Assembly (NCBI GenBank): GCA_018304465.1
Contig: JAGVWC010000009.1
Coordinates: 1-64,000, forward strand
Source: Candidatus Iainarchaeum sp.
GTDB lineage: Archaea; Iainarchaeota; Iainarchaeia; Iainarchaeales; JAGVWC01
Reading direction: 5' to 3'
DNA length: 64,000 nucleotides
In this document: one piece after another, positions 16,833 through 26,245 of the stretch
Position numbering within the stretch: position 1 is the stretch's first letter
Layout: the number at the start of each line of letters is the position of its first letter
Made by a program: the position numbers and the translations under genes
The notes under the pieces: generated by a model
What the model was told of the DNA's origin: nothing
The model's database searches: none
The model's input: the letters and a program-made list of their open reading frames with translations, nothing else

Positions 16833-18980
16833 ATGGATATTCAGGATTTCTTGAAAAAAATTGATTGGCGTCACGTCGCGATTTTGGGTTTTATTTTTTT
16901 GCTGGCGTTTGGAATTCGGGCGTATTTGTTCAAGTACGATTTGATGTTCGAATTCGACACGTATTGGCATACGCGAATGACGGCGGAAATTATTCAAAAC
17001 GGTGTCCCGCCGACAGTTGATCCGTTGGCATACACCCATTTGCCGAATGGTTCCCCGATTCCGATGGTGACCATACTGTTCTGGTATGTCGGAGCCGCGT
17101 TTTATTCGGTCGCGGCCTTGCTGTTCACGGGTTCTTTGGCGTATAACAAAGAGTTTTTGATTCAGGTGGTCAAGTTTTTGCCCGCGTTTTACGGGGCGTT
17201 GACGTGTTTGGTATTGTATTTTATCGGTAAAGAAGCGTATGACCGCAAAACCGGTTATGTCATGGCGTTTTTCGGGGCGGTGTCCGCGTCTTTTATTTAC
17301 CGGACCATGGCGGGGTTTTACGAAGCGGGTACGTTGGGACATGTCGTATTGGTGCTGGGAATATTGTTTTTGGTTCGCGCGGCCAAGCGTCTGGATGACA
17401 CGCGTGGTTTTGCTTTGAACATAGCGGCGGCGGGCGTCGTGTTCGGAATTTTGAGTTATACCTATGGAATTTTCCAGATCGTTCCGCTTTTGCTGGGGTT
17501 CTTTTTGATTTTTTTCGGTTTGGAAGTCGCGGCCAAGAAAGGGTTTCGTTCAGCAGGCGTGTTTGTGGGCGGAGTCATCGGTGCATTCGTTATTTTTTAT
17601 CTTGCGACGCTCGTGGGCCAGAACGCGGACTGGTTGAACGATGTGAATTATCTCGTGTCGCATTCCGTTGGGAAGGTTTTGGGCGGATCTTTTGGCAATC
17701 TGATTGTTCCGTTGATTATTCTCGTGCTTTTGATCGGTGTGGCGATCCTGTTGTTTTTTTCGATCCGGAAAAAAGGAAAAGAAAAAGCGACGGAAACCGA
17801 CGAATCGTTTTCCCGCGTGCTGCAGATCGGAAAAGTCGTTTTGTTGGTTTTGATTCTGGTCGGAACCGTGATTTTGACCCAGTTACCGAAGACCCAAGGC
17901 GGAGTGGCTGCGTCAAGTGTCGGGGAAGAAAGCCCGGGGTATTTGTATTTTGCCCACAAGTTTAACGCGTTGATTATTCTTCCGATTTTGATGTTGATTT
18001 TGATTCCGTTGGTGGAATTCAAACGCAAATCCATTGATCCTGGCGCCATGATTTTATTCGCGTACGTATTGCTGAGTTTTTACATGGCGTGGGACCGGTT
18101 GCATTATAGTTTTAATTTCGGGGTTCCGATCGCGATCGCGGCGGGATACGTGTTTTATCATACGTTATTGTTTTTCAATCGTCGGGATAAGACCGAACGG
18201 CAGGTGATCGGCGTTGCCTTGCTGTTTTTGGTGTTGGTTGGAGTATCATCCGCGACGTTGTTTACCCAGCAAAACACGCCTAACATCGAGGAAAACACGG
18301 GTTGGAAAGAAGGATTGCTGTGGTTAAGCAAGAACACGCCGAAAGACGCCAAGATGTTTAATTGGTGGGATGAAGGACACTGGATTTCGTTCGTAGGAGA
18401 ACGGAAAGTGATCACGGATAACCGTAACTTCGATCAAAAAGCCAATTCGGCCGTCGGAGTCTTTTCGACCACGAGTGATTTGAACGAAGCCCTTGGTTTG
18501 CTTAAAAAATACGATTCGGATTATTTGTTGCTCGGATCGGATTTGTTTGCCAAACGCAATTCCATGATTCTTTACGCGTATTACCTGGAAAATCCGGTTC
18601 CTCCGCAAGGAGACGCCCGGTTCGATAATGTTCAGAGTTTCACCGCTCCGTGTGGGACAACGACGGAAAGCGGGGTCGAATGGGTGAACTGTGCCGGAAA
18701 CCGGATTCCGAAAAACACGTTTCAGACAATTCCAACCGCTTGGACGGACAAGCCCACTACGATTGAAGACCAGCGCAACCCGATTTTCCTGTATCGATCG
18801 GCGGATAGCGGGCGCTTGATCAAGTTGTCCGCGAAGGTGAATTCCACGGTGTTTGCCAAGGTTTGGTTGCATGCGCCTGAAATGGCGAATCTTTTCGAGG
18901 AAGTGTATCCAAACAATGTTTCTGGTGCGACCGAAAAAGAATTCAAAGTCTTTAAGATCAAAAAGGAAAATTTTTCCTGA
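16833..18980 (+). CDS. aglB: oligosaccharyltransferase AglB/STT3
   Basis: Many TM helices; FEFDTYWH, SVGEE (SVSE/TIXE-like), WWDEGHWI and DNRNFDQK motifs. Confidence 0.92.
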   Translation: MDIQDFLKKIDWRHVAILGFIFLLAFGIRAYLFKYDLMFEFDTYWHTRMTAEIIQNGVPPTVDPLAYTHLPNGSPIPMVTILFWYVGAAFYSVAALLFTGSLAYNKEFLIQVVKFLPAFYGALTCLVLYFIGKEAYDRKTGYVMAFFGAVSASFIYRTMAGFYEAGTLGHVVLVLGILFLVRAAKRLDDTRGFALNIAAAGVVFGILSYTYGIFQIVPLLLGFFLIFFGLEVAAKKGFRSAGVFVGGVIGAFVIFYLATLVGQNADWLNDVNYLVSHSVGKVLGGSFGNLIVPLIILVLLIGVAILLFFSIRKKGKEKATETDESFSRVLQIGKVVLLVLILVGTVILTQLPKTQGGVAASSVGEESPGYLYFAHKFNALIILPILMLILIPLVEFKRKSIDPGAMILFAYVLLSFYMAWDRLHYSFNFGVPIAIAAGYVFYHTLLFFNRRDKTERQVIGVALLFLVLVGVSSATLFTQQNTPNIEENTGWKEGLLWLSKNTPKDAKMFNWWDEGHWISFVGERKVITDNRNFDQKANSAVGVFSTTSDLNEALGLLKKYDSDYLLLGSDLFAKRNSMILYAYYLENPVPPQGDARFDNVQSFTAPCGTTTESGVEWVNCAGNRIPKNTFQTIPTAWTDKPTTIEDQRNPIFLYRSADSGRLIKLSAKVNSTVFAKVWLHAPEMANLFEEVYPNNVSGATEKEFKVFKIKKENFS

Positions 18981-19011
18981 ATAATTCTGTGGCGAACCGA
19001 GTGAAAGACCA

Positions 19012-20052
19012 ATGATCGAATGGATCGGAATTCTGAGTGTCGCGCGTTACTTGGTTATCGCTTTTTTCGCTTTTCTCATTACGTATCTTGCGACTCCGAA
19101 AATAATTGATCGCATGAAATCCCAGGGTTTTATTGCTCCGGACATGAACAAGCTTTCAAAACCCGGTGTTGCGGAGTTGGGCGGAACCGCGATTTTTTTT
19201 GGGTTTGCGGCTGCCACGATGCTTGCGATTTTTTGGCATTCATTCGTGTCTGAATTTCAGGTTGATTTGACATTACTTTTGGCCGGTTTTTCAACGATTG
19301 TTTTGATCGGTTTCATCGGAATTTTTGACGATATTATCGGGTGGAAAAAAGGAATTCGCCAGTATCAACACGCGTTGTTTCCGATTTTTGCGGCGTTGCC
19401 GTTGATGGCAGTCAAAGCAGGGGTAACTGTGATTTCGGTTCCGTTTATCGGGCCCGTTGATTTTGGAATCGCATACGCGTTGGTTTTGATCCCGCTGGGC
19501 GTAACGGGGGCTGCCAATGCAAGCAACATGTTAGCGGGTTTGAATGGCCTTGAAGCCGGTCTTGGAACGGTTTTGACGGCCACGATGTTGATATTAAGTG
19601 TTTTAACCAATCAAGTGGAAGCCGCAATTATTAGTGCCGCCATTCTAGGCGCATTGCTTGGATTTTTGCGTTTTAATTGGTTTCCGGCCAAAGTGTTTCC
19701 GGGAGACGCCACTACATTAATGGTCGGCGCAAGTGTTGCAACAGCTTCCATTCTTGGAAACATGGAGAAACTGGGTTTATTGTTGTTTGCTTTGTATTTT
19801 TTTGAATTGATATTAAAAGCACGAAAAAAATTCCAAGGAGAAAGTTTTGGTCAACCCCAAACAGATGGAACATTGTCGCCACCAAAAGAGACTATTTCAC
19901 TTACGCATCTAATAATGAAACAAGGGCGTTTTTCGGAAAAAAAAGTGGTCTTGATTTTAATCGGTTTGCAAATCGTCGTGGCATTGGCAGTACTGATATA
20001 TTATTATCTGAACTCGATTCATTTTTTCTCGCCTTGGCTAAGTGGAATTTGA
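19012..20052 (+). CDS. UDP-HexNAc:dolichol-P HexNAc-1-P transferase (GPT/Alg7/AglH, MraY-like)
   Basis: DMNKLSKPGVAELGG, IGIFDD, NASNMLAGLNGLEAG and FPAKVFPGD motifs. Confidence 0.92.
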   Translation: MIEWIGILSVARYLVIAFFAFLITYLATPKIIDRMKSQGFIAPDMNKLSKPGVAELGGTAIFFGFAAATMLAIFWHSFVSEFQVDLTLLLAGFSTIVLIGFIGIFDDIIGWKKGIRQYQHALFPIFAALPLMAVKAGVTVISVPFIGPVDFGIAYALVLIPLGVTGAANASNMLAGLNGLEAGLGTVLTATMLILSVLTNQVEAAIISAAILGALLGFLRFNWFPAKVFPGDATTLMVGASVATASILGNMEKLGLLLFALYFFELILKARKKFQGESFGQPQTDGTLSPPKETISLTHLIMKQGRFSEKKVVLILIGLQIVVALAVLIYYYLNSIHFFSPWLSGI

Positions 20053-20062
20053 GGATAAAATA

Positions 20063-20518
20063 ATGGAACGAAAAAAAATTTGTTTGGCGTGTTCCGCGGG
20101 AGGGCATTTGCAGGAAATGCTGCAACTCGCGCCGTTTTATTCCAAATTCGACCATTTTTTTCTCACGTTTTCGCGAAAAGATTCGGATTCGCTTGCCAAG
20201 ACCGAAAAAGTGGCGTTTGCCACGCGTCCCGCGCGAAACCCAATCTCGACCTTGGCGTGCATCAAGGAATCGTTTGAGATTTTTCACCGCGAAAAACCCG
20301 ATGTCGTTATTGCCACCGGTGCGGACGTGTCGGTTCCGATGTGTTTTATCGCCAAATTATACGGAAAAAAAGTGGTGTTTATCGAAAGCTTTTGCCGCCC
20401 CCTAAAACCGGGCATCAGCGGTCGGCTCGTGTATCCCATCGCGGATTTGTTTATTTATCAGTGGAAAGCCTTGGCGAAGTATTATCCAAAAGGAAAATTC
20501 GGAGGCAGTATTTTCTGA
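20063..20518 (+). CDS. Alg14/PssD-like glycosyltransferase acceptor subunit
   Basis: LACSAGGHLQEM, PDVVIATGA, FIESFCR and FIYQW motifs. Confidence 0.9.
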   Translation: MERKKICLACSAGGHLQEMLQLAPFYSKFDHFFLTFSRKDSDSLAKTEKVAFATRPARNPISTLACIKESFEIFHREKPDVVIATGADVSVPMCFIAKLYGKKVVFIESFCRPLKPGISGRLVYPIADLFIYQWKALAKYYPKGKFGGSIF

Positions 20519-20519
20519 A

Positions 20520-21023
20520 ATGATGCAAATGACCGCCAAACAATCGATTTTTGTTTCAGTTGGAACGCATCCGCAACAGTTCAATCGCTTGCTTGAAAAA
20601 ATCGACGATTTGATCGCCGACAAAACGCTTGCAGGCGACGTGTTCGCCCAAACCGGCGCCAGCACGTATCGACCAAAGCATTTTTCACATGTGGCATACA
20701 TGGAATTAGCCGAATTCGAACAGCGAATCGCGAACGCGGATCTTGTCATCTCGCATGGCGGAGAAGGCAATATCGGACTTGCATTAAAACACCGGAAAAA
20801 ATGTATCGCAATTCCGAGGTTGGCGCGGTTTGGCGAGCATACCAACGATCACCAGACGGAGTTAGTGAAAGCCGCGGCGGATGCGGATAAAATCGTGGCG
20901 GTGTGGGCTGAAAAAGACTTGGCCAAAGCGATTAAAAGCGTAAAATCATTTAAACCGGATTTTTCGACGGGAAACGAACGGATCATCGGGTTGCTTGAAT
21001 CGTTTGTCAAAATGCTTAAATAA
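20520..21023 (+). CDS. Alg13/PssE-like glycosyltransferase donor subunit (GT28 C-terminal domain)
   Basis: IFVSVGTHPQQFNRL, ISHGG and PRLARFGEHTNDHQ motifs. Confidence 0.9.
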   Translation: MMQMTAKQSIFVSVGTHPQQFNRLLEKIDDLIADKTLAGDVFAQTGASTYRPKHFSHVAYMELAEFEQRIANADLVISHGGEGNIGLALKHRKKCIAIPRLARFGEHTNDHQTELVKAAADADKIVAVWAEKDLAKAIKSVKSFKPDFSTGNERIIGLLESFVKMLK

Positions 21024-21055
21024 TTTAAAATACATAAAACGTTTTGGGTGGTTGA

Positions 21056-21694
21056 ATGGCAACTCGGTTGATCAAAAGATTACGACAAACATTGGCCATT
21101 CGACGCGATCTGTTAATGCCTGAAAAAACAAAGACTCAGAACTTGCGGTTTCATCAGAACCAAGTCGCTCGTGTGGCCTATTCGCTTGCGCGGGCGTTGG
21201 AGAAAAAGGGGGTTCCGCTTAAACCCCGAGAATTTTTGGTCAGCGGAATGCTTCATGATTCCCTCGTCCTAAAGGGAAAAGCGTTGGCATGGGAAAAAGC
21301 ACAGGAACGAAAAGAATTAGCGGTTGTTTTAAAACAAGCCCGGGTGACGGCGCCTAAAAAAGTTGTGCTTGGAACAAACGCGTTTGACTTGTTTGCTGGA
21401 AAAAACCCGGAGGATCCTCGAAAACTTTCGTGGAAAACAAAGATATTACTGTTGGCCGACAATCATGTGGCAAATGATACGATTGTTCCGCTTTCAGACC
21501 GCCGCGATTATCATTTCGAGAAATTTCCAAGCGTCAAAGGGCGCACGGTCAAAGACGTCGATCAGGTATTCGATGCATTGGAAGGAATCGAACGAGAATT
21601 GATTCATCAGGGAATCGACGTTTATGGGCTGTTAAAGAAATTGGCTGCGCGGTATCCGTCTCGGACCAAGACCGCTGGTTTTGTCAAGCACTGA
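21056..21694 (+). CDS. HD-domain-like protein
   Basis: FHQNQVARVA...GMLHD...ILLLAD matches the H...HD...D pattern; basic termini. Confidence 0.65.
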   Translation: MATRLIKRLRQTLAIRRDLLMPEKTKTQNLRFHQNQVARVAYSLARALEKKGVPLKPREFLVSGMLHDSLVLKGKALAWEKAQERKELAVVLKQARVTAPKKVVLGTNAFDLFAGKNPEDPRKLSWKTKILLLADNHVANDTIVPLSDRRDYHFEKFPSVKGRTVKDVDQVFDALEGIERELIHQGIDVYGLLKKLAARYPSRTKTAGFVKH

Positions 21695-21772
21695 TTTTGC
21701 AAATCCGTGTACCAAACGCCTTTTTAAAGTCCGAATCGGCTATTCTGTATAATATATTGGTGGCGAGTTTGA

Positions 21773-22342
21773 ATGGATCGTGTTTCCTTTATCTTGCAGA
21801 ATGCGAAGGGGAAAATTCTCGACGTCGGGTTTGTCGCGTGTAGTTTGCACGAGCGAATCAAGGAGAATTTTCCAAAAACACAAATTTTCGGTGTGGATAT
21901 TGAAGAGGTTCCAAAAAATCCGAATTACAAGCAAGGGAGCGCGGAAAAAATTCCGTTCGAGTCCGAACAATTTGATACGATTGTTGCTGGAGAATTAATT
22001 GAACATTTGAAACATCCGAATCGATTTGTGAAAGAAACGCGTCGACTCCTCAAAAAAGGCGGGATCATGATTTTGACTACGCCGAATCGAAACAGTTGGA
22101 TTAATCGGTTGACCAAAAATTATCATACCAAAATTCATTTGAGTTTGTTTTCGTATCCAGAATTAAAAGAATTGCTGGAAAAAAACGGGTTGAAAGTGGA
22201 GAAGTTTTTTTGTTTGCCGTTCACGGAGGAAAGCAGCCCGGGAACAGAAAAAAAGTGGTTTTATCCGATTCGAAAAGTAGTGCATTGGTTTTTACCCCGT
22301 TCTCTTCAAGAAGAAATGGTTATTTTGGCGCGAAAAGAATAA
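21773..22342 (+). CDS. class I SAM-dependent methyltransferase
   Basis: ILDVG, IPFESEQFD, ELIEHL, RLLKKGG and TTPN motifs. Confidence 0.9.
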   Translation: MDRVSFILQNAKGKILDVGFVACSLHERIKENFPKTQIFGVDIEEVPKNPNYKQGSAEKIPFESEQFDTIVAGELIEHLKHPNRFVKETRRLLKKGGIMILTTPNRNSWINRLTKNYHTKIHLSLFSYPELKELLEKNGLKVEKFFCLPFTEESSPGTEKKWFYPIRKVVHWFLPRSLQEEMVILARKE

Positions 22343-22351
22343 GGTGGAAAA

Positions 22352-23341
22352 GTGAAGGCAAGCGTTGTTATTCCCGTGTACAATGGAGCTAAAACAATTT
22401 CAAACACGCTCCATGCGCTGCTGGAGCAGGATTTTCCAAAAAGCGATTTTGAAGTTATTGTGGTTAATGATGGCTCCACGGATTCTACCGCCGCAGTGGT
22501 CACTCATTTTTCGTCGGTAAAACTTATTTCCCAACCTAATGCAGGCCCCGCCGTGGCTCGAAATACGGGTGTACAAGTGGCCTTAGGCGACATCGTCGTT
22601 TTTTTGGATGCGGATTGTGTTCCGAAAAAAAACTGGCTGTCCGAAATGCTAAAACCTTTTTCCGATCCGAAAATCGTGGGTGTCCAAGGGCGATATGAAA
22701 ACCCAATCAAGAATTTGATGGCGGAATTTGTTCAACTCGAGATTGAAGAGCGGTATGAAGGCATGAAGCAGTTAGCCTCGATTGATTTTATTGGAAGTTA
22801 TTCCGCCGCGTATCGGAGAGAAACATTTTTACGTGAAGGCGGGTTTGATGAAAAGTTTCGCGCGGCTTCAGGCGAAGATCCGGACTTGAGTTTTCGGTTG
22901 TTTGACAAAGGACACCGGATGGTGTTTTGTGAAAACGCGGTCGTTGCCCATTTTCATCCCACGAGTTTGTTAAAATATTGGAAAACCAAGTTTTTTCGGG
23001 CTTTTTGGAGGGTTCGCATGTATTCGAAGAATCCGACGAAAATGAAAGGAGATTCATATACGAACCCTTGGCTTAAGTTTCAAATCGCATTTATATTAGC
23101 CGCATTGGTGAGCGGATTAATTCTTCCCGTGGCGTTGTTAGCAGGGGGAGATGCCCGACTCGTTGCCACAGTAGCGTTGGTGCTCTTAGGATTAGCAATT
23201 GTCTGTTCCTGGCCAACAAGCTTTTTTATGCTTCGGAAAAATATCAAAGTGGGTTTGATATCTTTTGGGATTCTTCCGGTAAATGCTTTTTTGTTTGCAA
23301 TAGGTATTATTGCGGGTTTGATCCAAAAACAGGGTGTTTGA
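22352..23341 (+). CDS. GT2 glycosyltransferase with C-terminal TMs
   Basis: SVVIPVYN, VNDGSTD, ARNTG, FLDADC, GGFDE and GED motifs. Confidence 0.93.
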   Translation: MKASVVIPVYNGAKTISNTLHALLEQDFPKSDFEVIVVNDGSTDSTAAVVTHFSSVKLISQPNAGPAVARNTGVQVALGDIVVFLDADCVPKKNWLSEMLKPFSDPKIVGVQGRYENPIKNLMAEFVQLEIEERYEGMKQLASIDFIGSYSAAYRRETFLREGGFDEKFRAASGEDPDLSFRLFDKGHRMVFCENAVVAHFHPTSLLKYWKTKFFRAFWRVRMYSKNPTKMKGDSYTNPWLKFQIAFILAALVSGLILPVALLAGGDARLVATVALVLLGLAIVCSWPTSFFMLRKNIKVGLISFGILPVNAFLFAIGIIAGLIQKQGV

Positions 23342-23342
23342 A

Positions 23343-24443
23343 ATGAAAATACTTCATATTACGAATCATTTTTGGCCTAGTACGGGAGGGATTGAAAAAT
23401 TTGTATGGGATTTGTGCATGGAATCTCGTGGTTTAGGATTTGAGTGTGAAGTATTGTGTTTGAATCATCCGCATCATTCGTCGATTGTATTGCCTGCGCA
23501 TGAAACCGTGGAAGGGATTCGAATTACGCGGGTTCCGTTTTGGAATTGGGTATATTACAAACCCGCATTGCTTCCGTTGCAAAAACTTCGGGAAGCCGAT
23601 GTGTTGCACGTGCATGGCGTTGGGGCGTTACTTGATTTTATCATTGCGACCAAACCGTTGCATCGAAAACCAATTATTGTATCTACTCATGGCGGCATAT
23701 TTCATACCAAGGCGATTGGATTAATCAAAAAAGCATATTTTAGTGGCTGGCAACGAATTGCATTGCGGGGAGTGGACAGGGTCGTTGCTTGCAGCAAAAA
23801 CGATTTTGAGTTGTTTAAACCCGTAGCGAAACGGCTAATATTGATTGAAAACGGGGTTGAATTGAAGCGGTTTGAACAATGCACCAAAAAATCGCAAAAA
23901 AATATTTTTTTGTTTGTGGGTAGATTATCCAAGAATAAACGAATTGATCAATTGATCCAAACCGCCGGAATACTACATAATAACGGAGTGGATTTTGAGC
24001 TTCGCCTCGTTGGAGAGGATTGGGAAGGAATTCGATCAAAGCTGGAAGCGGAAGCCAAACACCTTGGAATTTCAAAACAAGTTGTTTTTGTCGGAAAGGC
24101 GTCGGAGAAAGAATTGGTGGAAGAATATTGTAACGCCAAGGTGTTTGTTTCGGCGTCTTCGTATGAAGGCTTTGGAATTTCTGCGATCGAAGCCATGGCT
24201 GCCGGGTGCGTGGTGATATTGAATTCGATTGATTCTTTCAAAGTATTTGTCGAGCCGGAAAAAAATGGGTATCTGGTTGATTACTCAAATCCCAAGGCGT
24301 GTGCACGGGTGTGGAAAGACGTAGTAACAAAGGACCAGACAATGATTTTTCAACAAGCGGCAAAAACTGCTGAACAATTTGCGTGGAAGAAAAAAATAGT
24401 CGAATGGAAATCGTTGTATGAGTGTTTTTCCAAAAAAAAGTGA
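23343..24443 (+). CDS. GT4 glycosyltransferase
   Basis: PSTGGIE, VGRLSKNK and YEGFGISAIEAMAAG motifs. Confidence 0.93.
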   Translation: MKILHITNHFWPSTGGIEKFVWDLCMESRGLGFECEVLCLNHPHHSSIVLPAHETVEGIRITRVPFWNWVYYKPALLPLQKLREADVLHVHGVGALLDFIIATKPLHRKPIIVSTHGGIFHTKAIGLIKKAYFSGWQRIALRGVDRVVACSKNDFELFKPVAKRLILIENGVELKRFEQCTKKSQKNIFLFVGRLSKNKRIDQLIQTAGILHNNGVDFELRLVGEDWEGIRSKLEAEAKHLGISKQVVFVGKASEKELVEEYCNAKVFVSASSYEGFGISAIEAMAAGCVVILNSIDSFKVFVEPEKNGYLVDYSNPKACARVWKDVVTKDQTMIFQQAAKTAEQFAWKKKIVEWKSLYECFSKKK

Positions 24444-24456
24444 GTTCGAATTGAAT

Positions 24457-26013
24457 TTATTTTTGGAGCATCACTTTTGAAACCAGGGGTTTCTTCTTTT
24501 TTTGGTACGGCGAAAGATTTTTGGCCAAAATTCGCGGAATCACATGAGTCAGTGCAAAGACACCGAAATCTTTTAATGCTAAAAGGTATTGGAGTTTTCG
24601 TTTGCTTGAAAGCCATTTTTTACTCCAAGCATGCATGACAACAGGAGAAGCAAATTGAAGCGGGGAATTGAATTTGACATTGGCTTCGGTAACGACGTTT
24701 CGTAAATCCAAGTTGTGTTTGGCCATTCGAAAACGAGGGTCTTGTTCGGAATAAATCGCGTCCTTGAATAGGTCGTAATCTTTGGGTTCGAGTTTGAGGT
24801 TTAGTTCGTGGAAAATATCGGTTCCCGGAAACGGGGTCATGATCGCAAAACTGTATTCAGTAGCTTTGATGCGTTTGGCCAAATCGAGTGTTAGCTGGAC
24901 ATCTTCTTCTGTTTCATCAGGGAAGTTTGTCAGGAAATTGGCAAAGGTGCGCATATCGTATTTTCGGCAAATCGCGAAGGCATTTTCAATTTGTTCAATT
25001 GTAATGTTTTTTTGGACGCGCGCAAGGCATTTGGGGGAACCGGATTCGACTCCGAAATCGATTTGAATGCAGCCGGCGTCTTTCATAGTTTTGACAATTT
25101 CGTCGGTGATTTTGTCCACGCGTACTTCGCAGCCCCACACCAGATTGAGTTTCCGGTTTTTTAATTCGACGCAGAAATCTTTAACGCGTTGGCTGTTGAT
25201 AACAAAGCTGTCGTCGTAAACGTAAATCGCATCAATGTGGTAGTTTTTCACGAGGTATTCGATTTCATCTACGACATTTTGGATGCTTCGAAAGCGAACA
25301 ATTTTTTGGTTTCCGGTGGATTTCCAGAGATTTTTATTCACACAAAAACGGCATAAGGCAGGACATCCTCGGCTGGTAAAGATGTAAAAGCAAGAAAACA
25401 GTAGCCATCGAATCCCGTAAATGGATGGTTTGAGGTAATATTCCATGTCGACTTTATCATAAGCGGGGAAAGGATTGGTGTCCAGATCCTTAATGAGTTG
25501 ACGGGGTTGGTTCACCACGATTTTCCCTTCGTGAAAATACGCGGTTCCGGTGATGTCGTCAATGTTTTGCTTATTTTTGAGTCGCGAAATCAGTTCAAAT
25601 AATGTTTGTTCGCCTTCTCCGATGACTACCACGTCAAAGGGAGAATCCGAATAGAGAAACGTATCCGGGTACAAGGTGGGTTGAACGCCACCGACCACAA
25701 TCGTGGCGTCTTTGAATTTTTTTTTGAACAGCGCAGCCAATTGTGTGACTTCGTTGACTTCGGTGCAAAATGCCGGGAGCCCGATAATTAATGGTTTTTT
25801 TCTTCGAAGCTCTTTAACGATTTCGGAAATAATTTTCTTTTCTTCTTGCTCGGTCACTGGAGTAAATGAATTCGTTTTAATGTCAATGATATCGGCCTGG
25901 ATTCCTTTGGCTTCAAGATATGAGGCCAACATCATGAGCGCCAGCGGTGGACGACGGCTTTGGGCCCGATTGGGAGGAGAGATCAGACAAATATCGGCTC
26001 GAACAGAGGGCAT
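24457..26013 (-). CDS. cobalamin-binding radical SAM enzyme (class B methyltransferase-like)
   Basis: B12 domain (PPLAL, VVGGVQPT, VIGEGE), TSRGCPALCRFC (CxxxCxxC), FGVESGS and PFPGT motifs. Confidence 0.92.
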   Translation of the reverse strand: MPSVRADICLISPPNRAQSRRPPLALMMLASYLEAKGIQADIIDIKTNSFTPVTEQEEKKIISEIVKELRRKKPLIIGLPAFCTEVNEVTQLAALFKKKFKDATIVVGGVQPTLYPDTFLYSDSPFDVVVIGEGEQTLFELISRLKNKQNIDDITGTAYFHEGKIVVNQPRQLIKDLDTNPFPAYDKVDMEYYLKPSIYGIRWLLFSCFYIFTSRGCPALCRFCVNKNLWKSTGNQKIVRFRSIQNVVDEIEYLVKNYHIDAIYVYDDSFVINSQRVKDFCVELKNRKLNLVWGCEVRVDKITDEIVKTMKDAGCIQIDFGVESGSPKCLARVQKNITIEQIENAFAICRKYDMRTFANFLTNFPDETEEDVQLTLDLAKRIKATEYSFAIMTPFPGTDIFHELNLKLEPKDYDLFKDAIYSEQDPRFRMAKHNLDLRNVVTEANVKFNSPLQFASPVVMHAWSKKWLSSKRKLQYLLALKDFGVFALTHVIPRILAKNLSPYQKKKKPLVSKVMLQK

Positions 26014-26245
26014 TATCAGACACCACACCAGTTGAATAAACGTGTGTGTGAAAAAATCAGTGGCAATCGGTTTAAAAAACGCTCCTCTGTTTAACAGATG
26101 AGAACAGGTTATAACTCAGTGAAAGTCGAGGTCTCCAAAAACCCTAAGCGAGTAATTAGAGATTGTACCAATAATCCTTTTTTAAGCCAAAAGACACTAT
26201 TTTTCATTGAATTCCTTTTCGAAATCAGGGGAACAGGGTTTTTGA

